A DNA stretch of 64,000 bases, from NCBI RefSeq assembly GCF_018350175.1, contig NC_058368.1, forward strand, positions 150,042,001 through 150,106,000, given 5' to 3'. The position numbers and the translations under genes were made by a program. Shown one piece after another: positions 26,221 to 39,838 of the stretch. The first letter of the stretch is position 1, and each line of letters opens with the position of its first letter. This DNA is from Felis catus (taxonomy: Eukaryota). Below the pieces are notes generated by a model, which worked only from the letters and a program-made list of their open reading frames with translations, did no database searches and had not been told where the DNA came from.

Positions 26221-27112
26221 AGAGAAATTTTATTTTATTTATTCTATCATTGCCCTTGCTTGTAATCCATGTCCCAGTAATATACCAAGCCCATCCAACT
26301 GGCTCTGGCATTCTGTTTGGATGCTCTCCTTACGCTACTCTTGCTGCAATCTCCTGTGCTTCTCTGCATCACTATACAGTAGCCTTCTTCACCCCAGTCA
26401 TGTTATGAAACTCACTTAGGGTCCATTTCCCACCTCTTGTATATTCCAGCCTCATCTCATTTGGACCTCTGCCCCCTCCTCCCATCACATTTAGACCCAC
26501 CTAATGACTTTAGTACTGAATTATCCCAGGAGGAAAAGGCTCCTCAGAGGGCTTTAGTCGGAAGAAATAGATATGGGAGTTGTCAGAAAATACTAGGTTT
26601 ATAGATAAAATTATTCACTTCTTACAGCATGTGGTCGCAAATCCTCCCTGATATGGTCATGGGCACCCTGATCCTTGTACCGCAGGGCCTACAGCTAGTT
26701 ACAAACATTCATGAATGAACAAAATCTCAGCTCGAGTTTTGTTTCTCTCTTATTTTGATACCCAAGAGTTTCCCCTGTTTTCATTTTGAGTATCCATTTA
26801 AAATTTGGAGTTATGATGTATCCAGGTTATCTATGTGTTTGTAATGAGAAAAATGCTTATTTGTATTAGTTTATCCCACCATATTGTCTCACATCTCTTT
26901 AGTACAATTTTAAAACATTTTCTATCAGATTTGTGTGATCACTTTCTGAATGATATCCATCAAAAGACAGAAATAGAATATGACAGCTGTTTCTATTTAT
27001 CTTTTACCAAGAATGTTCCCAGAAGGTACTATAATTAGTACAGTTACCATAAAAGTTCATTAGTTTGAAGCATTATTTCTTAAATGGGACAACCCAATGA
27101 ACTATCATTTAT

Positions 27113-27497
27113 TGTTTGTTTGTTTTTTGTTTTGGCTTTGTTTGCCTAAGTTTTTATTTTAATTCCAGTTAGTTAACATACAGTATGCTATTAATTTCAG
27201 GTGTAGAAATAGGGATTCAAACACTTTCATACAGCACCTGGTACTCATCAGAAGTGCACTCCTTAATCCCCATCACCTATTTAACTCATCCCCCAAGCAC
27301 CTCACCTCTGGTAACCATCAGTTTGTTCTCTATAATTAATAGTATGTTTCTTCATTAGTCTCTTTTTTTTTTCTCCCTTTGCTTTTTTGTTTCTTAAATT
27401 CCACAGAGGAGTTTTATCTTATGGTGTTTGTCTTTCTCTGACTGATTTATTTCACTTAGCATTATATTCTCTAGCTCCATCCATGTGATTGCAAATG
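27113..27497 (-). mobile_element. L1 3' end fragment
   Basis: T-rich tail, then aattccagttagttaacatacag...ctccttaatccccatcacc. Confidence 0.9.
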
Positions 27498-28762
27498 GAC
27501 TGTATTATGGACTATAATATGGACTATATTAATGGAACACCTCTCAAAGTTTACTAACTGGTATGAAATAATGTTGTGAAATACAAAAATAATAGAAGGA
27601 TTCCCATCTCCATTCCAGGCTCTTATCCAGGCAGGGTCCCCATGGGCAAGAGGAACAAGAGAACGGAGAACAGCATTACATTCCTGATGTTTAATTTTCA
27701 AAATCTGTTGTATAAATTCAAGGGAGGAAAAGATACGACTATATTCTGTGATAGCTCCTTATCTCTTCTCATAGAATGGAGATAAGTCAATGACTGGATA
27801 TTTGAAAGTCAACAGTCACTGAAAGTGGTTATTGAGTCAGAAGTAGAGTCCATCTTCTGCCTAAGAAGGCTTACACCAGAAGGTGTAAGCCATGTGGTAA
27901 AGTCAGATCCTCAAGACCCTTCAGGCCCCATTCACATGACTGCTGTACCTCTTCTATGCTAAGCAGGTCTGCAACTGTCCTTTCTGAAGCTATTTCATGA
28001 GGACAGCATCAATTCCTCTTTCAATGTTTCAAGACCACTTAAGGACCAGTCCTCATCCTCAGATCAGAGAAGTGGAGTCAAAGTACCATAATTTTTTAAG
28101 GTTGACACCACACAAGGAGTCACACAGAAGGACACGATGCACACCTGATATATGTTTCTAATAGTTAGCAAATGTTTGCACATGGATTCTAACTTTGTTG
28201 TCTCCACATATAAGTTATTTGTATATTTGTTATGACAGTGTTACAGCAAATGGCAGTGGACTGCACTTTTCACACAAATTCAGTATATGACAATAGTTTT
28301 CTAACAAATAACAATAAGTGTCTTATTACAACAGGTATATTCTGTTAATTTTTAGAGGAAGATACCCTGTAATTGAAAAACCTTTTTAATGTAATTATTT
28401 CAGTAAGAACCCTCTGCTGCTTTTGCCACTGAAGTCGTGAATGGTATCTTAAAATCAAATAAAAATCTAATAATCCCTTTTAGTATAAGTGTACCGACTA
28501 ATTTGACATTTTGTATTCCAGTTTATATAATGTGCCATTTGTTTTCTGTTAAGTAACAATTTAAAATCCATAAACATTTTCATTATGACATGAATCATTA
28601 AGTAATAATGTATATACATTTACCAATAATCCACCAAGCAGTAGTAAATATAAATGACTGAAAAGTGGTGCTTAGCTAATATATTATAGAAATTATTTAT
28701 TTATTTTTAATATGGAAATTTTATCAGTATAAAAATTAACTTTATTAAAATTTATCAGCTTA

Positions 28763-28973
28763 GGGGTGCCTCAGTGGCTCATTTGGTTAAGTGGCCAACT
28801 TCGGCTCAGGTCACGATCTCACAGTTTGTGCGTTCAAGCCCAACGCCTGGCTCTGTGCTGACAGCTCAGATCCTGGAACCTGCTTCAGATTCTGTGTCCC
28901 CCTCCGTTTCTGGTGCCTCCCCCACTCATGCTCTGTCTCTGTGTCTCAAAAATGAATCAACATCAAAAAAGTT
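28763..28973 (+). mobile_element. Can-SINE
   Basis: Head, body and tail; imperfect TSD ending agctta. Confidence 0.94.
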
Positions 28974-29079
28974 AAAACTTTTTAAGCTTAATATACACAT
29001 TTTATTTTTAAAATCTACAAGTTTAAGATAAAATACTAACTCTTCTTTACACAGTCCTTTATGATACTAAAAGAATATC

Positions 29080-29222
29080 ATGGCCCTCCTGTGTGATCCA
29101 CATACCAAGATTGGCCTGCTGGAAAGTTGTTAAAAATGCAGAATCTCGGGCCCTGAAACATTAACTGCATTTTAACAAGATCCCATGTGATTTATATGCA
29201 TACTAATGTTTGAGAAGCACAG
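29080..29222. mobile_element. MER5-type hAT-Charlie MITE
   Basis: gttaaaaatgcagaatctcgggccc..ctgcattttaacaagatccc..gtttgagaagcac. Confidence 0.8.
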
Positions 29223-31889
29223 ATATGGATGACATATGTAAGTTGAAGAATTACATAAAAATAAAATACAACTATATAAATTGAGGAATTGCATAAAAAA
29301 ATACATCTATGTAAAAAATTAACTTTTGACATTTAACAATGACCACAATAAAGAAGTGTGATATTGATGGGATGCCGATATATGGAAAATATTAAAAACT
29401 GCAGTTGCTTTCTAAAATGTGTCGTGATTCCTGTTGCAATATTGCAACATATTTGCAGTAATCATTTAAAAAACAGATTTCTAAATAGTCTTATAGTTTT
29501 ATGTCTGAATTTTCAATTATCATTTCTCACTGGAGGATGTTAAATCTCAAAACTACATATTATTAAAAATTTAACGTGAATTTCTGCGAGATGGCAACAC
29601 AGGTAGATCCTAAACTCACCTCTTCCTGTGTAAACATCAAATCTACAGCTACTTATGGATCGTTTCCTTTGAAAAAAAAATCTAAACAACAAATGAACTG
29701 CTTCTCCATAACAAAGCATTAAAAGTCTATATGAAGTTAGGTAGAAGAGGCAATGACACGGTATTGACAAAAACCCCTTCCCCTGATGTCACAACACACA
29801 ATAGGAAGGGATCCCATCAGTCCCTTCAGAAGGAGCCAGAGCATAATCCCCCACATGGGACACCAATACCCCTGACATTTGCATTAGAGAGACAAGCACA
29901 GACTATGTGGCATAGAAAACCAATAGTACTGATGGCTAAGGGCCCCAGAGTGCTACAGGTAACTAAGATTTCCCTTTTGGAGGGCTTACATGTTGACTCA
30001 TTTGTCCCAAGACCAGGCAGGAGAAAAAGAGTTTGAAAAGAGCCTAGACTGTATGTGAGATTCATTTCCTGATCTGAGGGCATTGGTTGAAAGCGCAGGC
30101 AACAATCAAGACATCCCTGGAAATGTAGATGCTGTGGACACCACTGCTGTACCCACCACATAGCCTGCTAGCACAGTCAGGCGAGCTTGGACAGGGGACC
30201 CTCCCTCAACCTTCCTAGTAGGGATAGGGGCAAGTGACTGCAGCATTGCTGCAGCTGAAAAGCACTGGTGGTTTCGGTGCCCCCTGCTTGCTAGTAAAAT
30301 CAGTGAGCAAGGGTGGTTGCAACACTCCCCAACTCTCTGACAACTACAGTTGTAATATTTCCCTGCTTTGACTGGTAGGCATACACAAACAAGGTACTTT
30401 TCAGCTGCAACCTTAAACCCTGTGGGTGCACACAATCAAGCCATTTTCCCTCTGCCTTTCTGAAGCAGGGAGGATGGCCCACCTCCTGCACTCTCTATCT
30501 ACCTAAGTAAAGTCAGCAGCCAAGCGTAAGCCATGCATGTGGCATTACCCTTGATCACCTGACCCTGATAGCCATGGGGGCTGGTATTCTTGAGTTCCAT
30601 CCATGAGATTTTACAATTGGAAAGACAGTTCTTGGCAGGTCACCATCCTCAGAGTACTGCACAAACAGCAGTTTAAACCACAACTCCAAACTTCCTGAGA
30701 AAAAGGTCTATTCTTTTAGCTTGGAGCTTCAGCCTGAGGGACAGATTTCAAGTTTCCTAGGTATCTAGAGACTAAGGATGAACTCTCAGGGAACGTAAAC
30801 ACAAAGACATATTCCACACCTTCTTGGCTTTGCAGTTCCATGAGACTTTCCAGAAAAATGCTTATTCACTAGTCTGGAGCCCCTATATTTGCAACTGCCA
30901 CCCAGGGGACACCTCCAGATTTCCTGGTCTCAGCAGGGATTAGATTGCTGCCCTATAGGACTATATATATTTGCATACATTAAAAGCTGCTGAGGACCTG
31001 GCTTCCTATCAGCCTGAAACTAGATGGTAAATGAAATTTCTTCACTTGCAACACTGACAGGACAAGGCATACCCTTAACCATGGGGACATAAGCAAAAAT
31101 AAATCAGGCAGTTTAGATAATCACAAAGATTTTAGAGACATCCAAAAGCTAAGGCCAGGCTGAATGAGAAAGTTCATTGCCTACACACATCCTCTCCTTC
31201 ATGACTGAGGAGTATCTGTTTTGCCTAATACATAAAAAACAAATACAGAGAGTTGAGTAAAATTAGGAACCAGAGAAATAAGTTCCATGTGAAAGAATAA
31301 GACATAACCTCAAGAAGAGATTTTAATAATATGGAGACAAATAATCCATCTGATAAAGATTTCAAAGTAATGGTCATAAAGATGCTCACCAACTTCAGAG
31401 AAGAATGAATGAACACAGTGAGAATTTCGAAGAGAAAATGTAAGAAAGTACTAAACAGAAGTCATATAGTCAAGAATAAAATAAATTAAAAAATAGACTA
31501 GAGAGATTCAATAGCAGACTAAATAAAGCAGAACAATGTATCAGTGAGCTGAAAGACAGAGCAATAGACCTCACCCAGAGCAGCTGAAAGAAAAAAGAGT
31601 TAAAAAAAAAAGGTATCCTTGAGAAACCTATAGGACAATGTTAAGAATAACAATATTAACATTATAGGTGTCCAAGAAGGAAGAGAGAGATAAGGGGCCA
31701 AAAAGTTATTTAAAGAAATAATGGCTCAACACTTTCCTAATTCAGGGAACAAAATAGACATGCAGGTTCAGAAAGCACAGAGTTCCAAATAGGATGAAAA
31801 CAAAGAATTTCACATCAAGGGATATTATAGTTAAAATGACAAGAATTAAACAGAATTTAAAAGCAACAAGAGACACACAAATTGTTAGG

Positions 31890-31950
31890 AGCGCATGCGT
31901 GCACGTGTGCGTGCGCACGTGCACACACACACACACACACACAAACACAC
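31890..31950. repeat. Alternating purine-pyrimidine (GC/GT/CA)n microsatellite inside L1 ORF1
   Basis: gcgcatgcgtgcacgtgtgcgtgcgcacgtgcacacac... Confidence 0.9.
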
Positions 31951-32103
31951 AAAGTTTAGCAGTAGATTTCTCAGCAGAAATGACGCAGACCAGAGGGTAA
32001 TAGCATGACATATTTAAGTGCTTTTGACAAGAAAAACTTCCAAACAAGAATACTCTATCCAATAAGGTTTTCAGATAAGCAAAACTTAAAGAATTGCATT
32101 ACT

Positions 32104-33671
32104 GTCTCACTTTCAGGTCCTTCATCCATTTTGAGTTGATTTTTGTGAATGGTGTAAGAAAGTGGTCTAGTTTCATTCTTCTGCATGTTACTATCCACTT
32201 CTCCCAGCACCATTTGTTAAAGAGACTGTCTTGTTTCCAATGGATATTCTTTCCTGCTTTGTCAAAGATTAGTTGGCCATACATTTATGGGTCCAATTCT
32301 GGAGTCTGTATTCTATTCCATTGGTCTATGTGTCTGTTTTTGGCCAATACCATGCTGTCTTGATAATTACAGCTTTGTAGTAGAGGCTAAAGTCTGGGAC
32401 TGTGATGCCTCCCACTTTGGTTTTCTACTTCAACATTACTTTGGCTATTCGGGGTCTTTTATGGTTCCATACAAATTTTAGGATTGCTTGTTCTAGCTTT
32501 GAAAAGAATGCTGGTGCAATTTTGATTGGGATTGCATTGAATGTGTATATTGCTTTGGGTAGTATTAAACCCTAGAGGAGAAAGCTGAGAAAAGCCTCTC
32601 TGACCTCAGCTGCAGCAATTTCTTACATGACACATCTCAAAAGGCAAGGGAATTAAAAGCAAAAATGAACTATTGGGACCTCACGAAGATAAAAAGCTTC
32701 TGCACTGCAAAGGAAACAATCAACAAAACTAAAAGGCAACCAATGGAATGGGAAAAGAGATTTGCAAATGACATATTGGATAAAGGAGTAGTATCCAAAA
32801 TCTATAAAGAACTCACCAAACTCCACATCTGACAAATAATCCAGTGAAGAAATGGGCAGAAGACATGAATAGACACTTCTCTAAAGAAGACATCCACATG
32901 ACCAACAGGCACATGAAAAGATGCTCAATGTCACTTCTCATCAGGGAAATACAAATCAAAACCACACTGAGATATCACCTCACACCCATCAGAGTGGCTA
33001 AAATGAACAAATCAGGAGACTATAGATGCTGGCGAGGATGTGGAGAAATGGGAACCCTCTTGCACTCTTGGTGGGAATGCAAACTGGTACAGCTGCTCTG
33101 GAAAATAGTGACGAGGTTCCTCAAAAAATTAAAAATAGACCTACCCTATGACCCAGCAATAGCACTGCTAGGAATTTACCCAAGGGATACAGGAGTGCTG
33201 ATGCATAGGGGCACTTGTACCCCAATGTTTATAGCAGCACTTTCAACAATTGCCAAATTATGGAAAGAGCCTAAATGTCCATCAACTGATGAATGGATAA
33301 AGAAGTTGTGGCTTATATATACAATGGAATACTACTTGGCAATGAGAAAGAATGAAATCTGGCCTTCCGTAGCAATGTGGATGAAACTGGAGAGTGTTAT
33401 GCTAAGTGAAATAAGTCATAGAAAGAAAGACAGATACCATATGTTTTCACTCATATGTGGATTCTCAGAAACTCAACAGAAGACTGGGGGGGGAAGGGGG
33501 GAAAAAGTTACAGAGAGGGAAGGAGGCAAACCATAAGAGACTCTTAAATAATGAGAATAAACTGAGTTGGAGGGGGGGAAGTGAGTGATGGGCATTGAGG
33601 AGGGCACCTGTTGGGATGAGCACTGGGTGTTGTATGGAAACAAATTTGACAGTAAATTTCATATTTAAAAA
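32104..33671 (+). mobile_element. Young feline L1 with a 5' inversion (twin priming)
   Basis: Perfect 16-bp TSD aaagaattgcattact at 32088-32103 and 33672-33687; 32104-32566 antisense, 32567-33671 sense; ORF 32844-33536 is the ORF2 C-terminus. Confidence 0.97.
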
Positions 33672-36367
33672 AAAGAATTGCATTACTACTAAAATGGCCT
33701 TAAAAGAAATGTTAAAGGGACTATTTTTAAACTGAAAAGATATGGTACTAATTAATAACAAAACATGAAAGTAAACATCTTAATGAAAAATGTAAATACA
33801 TATTTAAGGTAGTAGATTTATCATTTATGAAGGTTAAAAGACAAAAGGAGTAAAATCAAAACTACAATTATTAGTTAAGGGATACATAAAATAAAAAAGA
33901 TGTAAAATATGACATTGAAAACATAAAGTACAGTGGGTATAAACATAGAATTTTGGAATGTGTTCAAATTTAAATTGCTATCAACTTAAAATAGAGTGTT
34001 ATATACATAAATAGATGTTTGTGATTATTATAGCAACCGCAAAGCAAAACTTATAGTAAATACACAAAATGAGAAAGGAATTTAAACTTGACACTAAAGA
34101 AAGTTGTCAAACAACATGAAAAGAGAAAGAAGAAGGAACCACAAAAACAGACAGAAAACAATTACAAAATGGCAAAAAGTACATACCTATCAGTAATTAC
34201 TTTAAATGTAAATGTACTAAATTCTCCCATCAAAAGACAGAATGGTTGAATGATTAAAAAATAAACAAAAAGGAGACATGTCTATATATTGCCTACAAGA
34301 GACTTGCTTCAGAAGTAAGGACACACAGAGACTGAAAGTGAAAGGATGGATGAAGAAATACCATACAAATGAAAATAGGAAAAAAAAAGTTGGTTTAGCT
34401 ACAACCATATAAGACAAAAGAGTTTAGAACAAATATTTTAATAAAAATAAAAATATTTTAATATTTAATAAAAGAGGCACTGTCCATAATGGTAAAAGGA
34501 TCAACTCAGGCAGAAGAATAACATTTATAAATATATATCCATCCAACATGGAAGCACTTGATTATGTAAGCAAGAATTAACACATAAAGAGAGAGATGGA
34601 TAGCAATACAGTAATACTAGAGTGCTTTAACACTTCAGGATAGATCACATGTTGGGCCACAAATCAAGTCTTAATAAACTGAAAAAAAATGAGATCACAT
34701 AAAGCATTTTTCTGACTAGAAACCAATCACAAGACAGAAAAAACTAAAAATATGTGGAGATTAAACTTATTGGTACTGAACAACTACTAGGTAATAGAAG
34801 AAAACAAGGAAGAAATTTTAAAAAAAAGCTAGAGACAAAGGAAAACTGAAATGCAACATACCAAAATCTACGGAATGCAACAAAAGCAGTTCTGGGCAGG
34901 GGGTGCGGGGTGCGGGGGGGATTTTCTAACAACACAGGCCTACCTCAAAAACAAGAGAAATTTCAAATAAATACTGTAACTTTACACCTAAAGCAACTAG
35001 AAAAAGAACCACCACAGCCCGAAAGTTAGAAGGAAGGAAACAATAAAGATTAGAGCAGAAATAAATGAAATAGATACCAAAAAACAATAGAAAAGATCAA
35101 TGAAACTAAGAGCTGGTTCTTTGAAAAGATAGGCAAAATTGACAAATCTTGCCTAGACTCACCAAGAAAAAAGGAGAGCTCAAATAATATCCGAGATGAA
35201 AGAACAGAAGTTACCATGGATACCACAGAAATACAAAAGGATCGTAAGAGACTACCAAGAACATTTATATACTAACAAATTGGACAACCTAGAAGAAATA
35301 TGTAAATTTGTAGAAATTTACTATATTCCAAGAATAAGTCAGGAAAAAATAGAGAACCTGAATAGATCAATTACTAGTAAATGGTATGAATCAGTTATCA
35401 AAAATCTTCCAACAAACCTAAGTCCAGGACCAGATGGCTTCACCAGTGAATTCGGTCAATTGATCAAGACTTTATACTTAACCTTCTCAAACTCATTCAA
35501 AAAATTGAGAAGAGAAAGCTACTAAACTCATTGTACAAGGCCAATATTATCCTGATACCAAAACCAGAGAACACTATAAAATAAAAGAAAATTACAGGCA
35601 AATATCCCATAGAAACATAGATTCAAATATCCTCAACCAAAATATTATCAAACTGGGTTCAACAGTAAATTAAAAGAATAATTTGCCATGGTCAGGTGGG
35701 ATTTATTCCTGGGATACAAGGATTGGTTCAACATCCACAAGTTAATCAATGTTACGTATCACATTAACAAACTAAAAGATAAAATTATATGATTATCTAA
35801 ATAGATGCAGAAAAAACATTTGACAAAACACAACATCCATTTATGAAAAAACTCCCAGTAAATTGGGTATAGGGGGAATGTCCTCAACATAATAAAAGCC
35901 ATGCATGAGAAACCCACTGCTAATCTCATACTCAACAATGAAAACCTGAAATCTTTTCTAAAATTAGAAACAAGGCAAAGATATCCATTATTACCACTTT
36001 CATTCAACATAGTATTGAAAGTCTTAGCTACAGACATTAGGCAAGAAAAAGAATAAAAGGCACATAAATTAGAAAGAAAGAAGTGAAACTATACTATTTG
36101 CAGATGATGTGATACTCTATATAGAAATTCCTAAAGACTCCACCAAAGTACTGTTATAATAAATTAATTTAGCAAAGTGGCAGGATAGAATTATACAAAA
36201 AAAAACTGTTGTTGAAAATTATACCAAAAAACTATCAGAAAAAGAAATCAAGGTAACAATTACACTTGCCATGACATAAAAACATAATAAAACAAAATAT
36301 CTAGGGATAAATTTAACCAAGGAAGTTAAATAACTGTAATCTGCAAACTTTAAGATCCTGATGAAAG

Positions 36368-38402
36368 CTACATTTATTCCTAGGTATCTTATGTTTTCTG
36401 GTGCAACTATAAATGGGATTGATTCCTTGATTTCATTTTCTGCTGCTTCATTATTGGTGTATACAAACGCCAAAGATTTCTGTACAATGATTTTATATCC
36501 TGCAACTTTGCTGAATTCAAGTATTAGTTCTAGCAATTTTTTTTTTTTTTTGGTGGAGCCTTTCAGGTTTTCTACATAGAGTATCATGTCATCTGGAAAT
36601 AGTGACAGTTTGACTACTTCCTTGCTGATTTGGATACCTTTTATTTCCTTTTGTTTGTTGCTGAAGCTAAGACTTCCAGTACTATCTTAAATAGTAATGG
36701 TGAGAGTGGATATCCCTCTTTTGTTCCTCACCATAGAGAAAAAATTCTCAGTGTTTCCCCATTGACGATGATATTACCTGTGGGTCTTTCATATATGGAC
36801 TTTATGAAGTTGAGCCATGTTCCATCGAAACCTACTTTGTTGAGTGTTTTTTTTTAATCAAGAATGGAGGCTGTATTTTGTGAAATGTCTTTTCTGAATC
36901 TATTGAGAGGATCATATGGTTCTTATTCTTTCTTTTATTAATGTGGTGTGTCACATGATTGATTTATGAATAATGAACCACCCCTGCAGCCTAGGAATAA
37001 ATCCTACTTGATCGTGGTGAATAATTCTTTTAATATACTGTTATAGGAATAAACCTAACCAAAGAGGTAAAAGATTTGTACTCTGAAAACTATAGAACAC
37101 TTATGAAAGAAATTGAAGAGGAAACAAAGAAATGGAAAAAACATTTGATGCTTATGGATTGGAAGAACAAACATTGTTAAAAAGTCTAAACTACCCAAAG
37201 CAACCTACACATTTAATGCAATCCCTCTCAAAATACCACCAGCATTTTTCAAAGAGGTAGAACAAACAATCCTAAAATACGTATGGAACCACTAAAGACC
37301 CCAATTAGCCAAAGCAATCCTGAAAAAGAGAAGCAAAGCTGGAGGCATCACAATTCTGGACTTGAAGCTCTATTAAAAGCTATAATAATCAAGACAGTAT
37401 GATACTTGCACAAAAACAGACACATAGTTCCATGGAACAGAATAGAAAACCCAGAACTGGATCCACACTTATATGGTCAACTAATATTTGACAAAGCAGG
37501 AAAGAATATCCAGTGGATAAAAGACATTCTCTTCAACAAATGGTGTTGGGAAAACTGGACAGCACCATGCAAAAGATTGAAATTGGACCTCTTATTTACA
37601 CCATAAGCAAAAATCAACTCAAAATGGATGAAAGACTTAAATTTGAGATGGGAAACCATCAAAATCCTAGAGGAGAACACAGGCAGCAATCTTTTTGACC
37701 TGAGCCATAGCAACTTCTTATGAGACATGTTGCCGGAGGCAAGGGAAACAAGAGGAAAAATGAACTATTGGGACCTCATCAAGACAAAATCTTCTGTATA
37801 GAGGTGAAAACAATCAACAAAACTAAAAGGCAGCCTACAGAATGGGAGAATATATTTACAAATGACATATCTGATAAAGGGTTAGTATCCACAATCTGTA
37901 AAGAACTCACCAAACTCATCACTCTAAAAACATATTCAGTGAAGAAATGGGAAGACATGAATAAGACAATTTTCCAAAGAAGACATCCAGATGGCTAAGA
38001 GACATATGATAAGATGCTCAACACCACTCACCATCAAGGAAATACACATCAAAACCACAATAAAATACCACCTTACACCTATCAGAATGGCTAAAATTAA
38101 CAACATAAGAAACAGTAGTTATTGGCTAGCAGGCAGAGGAAGGGGAACCCTCTTACACTATTGGTGGGAATGCAAACCAGTGCAGCCATTCTAGAAAATA
38201 GGGTGGAGGTTCCTCAAAAAGTGAAAAATAGAACTACCCTATGATTCAGCAATTGCACTACTAGGTATTTACCCAAAGGATACAAAAATACAGATTTGAA
38301 GGGATACGTACACTCTGATGTTTAAAACAGCATTATCAACAACAGGCAAACTATGGAAAGAGCCCAAATGTCCACTGACTAATGAACGGATGAAGAAGAT
38401 GT

Positions 38403-38446
<44 letters not shown>

Positions 38447-38838
38447 CATATTATTCAGTCATCAAAAAGAATGAAAACTTGCCATTTGAAATGATGTAGA
38501 TGTAGTTAGAGTGTATCCTGCTAAGTGAAATAATTAGAGAAAAACAAATACCATATATTTTCATTTATATGTGGAATTAAAAAAACAAAACAGATGAACA
38601 TAGGGAAAGGGGGGAAAAGAGAGAAGCAAACCATAAGACACTTTTAACAATTGAGAATGGAGGGTTGATGGAGGGAGGTGGGTGGGGGATGGGTTAAATG
38701 AGTCATGGGTATTAAGGAGGGTATTTCTTAGGATGAGCACTGGGTGTTATATGTAAGTGATGAATTACTAAATTCTACTCCTGGAACCAATATTACAATA
38801 TATGCTACCTAACTAGAATTTAAATAAAAATTAAAAAG
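36368..38838 (+). mobile_element. L1 with a 5' inversion (twin priming), intermediate age
   Basis: TSD taagat(cc/at)tgatgaaag at 36351-36367 and 38839-38855; about 36372-37042 antisense, 37043-38838 sense; taggaataaa is present in both segments. Confidence 0.93.
38405..38443. repeat. (TG)n microsatellite
   Basis: Pure TG run. Confidence 0.95.
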
Positions 38839-39090
38839 TAAGATATTGATGAAAGAAATTCAAGAAGACAAATATATTAAAAGATAATCCATGCTCATGG
38901 ATTAGAAGAATAATATGAAAATATCCATATTACTCAAAGCAACATACAGATTCAGTTCAATCCTTAGTGAAATTCCAGTGACATTTTACACATATTCTAA
39001 ACTAATATACTAAACTAATATGATACCAGAGGTATCATACTTCCTGATTTCAAATTATACTACAAAGCAATAGAAATAAAAAAAAAGTAT

Positions 39091-39255
39091 GCTTTTCCCA
39101 AGAGCAGCTAGTTCTGTGTTCAGCTGTGTGGGAGGCATGGGTTGAAAAGTCCTGCTCCAAATTTGGAAAGTGAGGAGTACTTCTGACCTTAGTACCCATG
39201 AGCCAGGAGGAGGAAAGAAAGAGAGATCATAACACCAGGTAAGCACCCAGGATTT
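39091..39255. other. Non-L1 insert of unknown origin inside L1 ORF2
   Basis: L1 text stops at ..aaaagtatg and resumes at aaaacattgtaatattggc; the intervening sequence is not L1 or SINE. Confidence 0.75.
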
Positions 39256-39838
39256 AAAACAAAATAAAACATTGTAATATTGGCATAAAACAGACACATA
39301 GATTAATTAATGACTCCCTAATCTTCGATAGGCCATAAATAAACCTACTCATCTATGGTTAATTAATCTAAAACAGAGGAGTCACGATGGCATAAGGACA
39401 GCCTCTTCAATAAGTGGTGATGGGAAAACTGGACACCTACATGCAAAATAATGAAATTGGGCCACCATCTTAAACCATATAAAAAGGCTAACTCAAAATG
39501 CATTAAAGACCTAAATATAAAACCTGAATCCATAAAAATTCTAGAAGAAAACACAGGCAGTAATTTACTTGACATCTGTCTCAGCAATGATTTGTTTTGA
39601 ATCTGTTTCCCCAGTCAAGGGAAACAAAAGCTAAAATAAACAACTGGAACTACATCAAGCTATAAAGCTTCTGCACAGGAAAGGAAATCATCAACCAATC
39701 AAAAAGCTAACTTACTAAATGAGAGAAGGTATTTGCAAATAATTTATCTGATAAAGACTTAATATCCCCAGTACATAAATGACTCATACAACTCAATAAC
39801 AAAAAAGCCAACATTCCAATTAAAAAGTGGGTAGAGGC

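Noticed and set aside
32844..33536. 230-aa ORF as a gene
   Set aside because: It is the L1 ORF2 C-terminus in a truncated, inverted copy, reading through into the 3'UTR.
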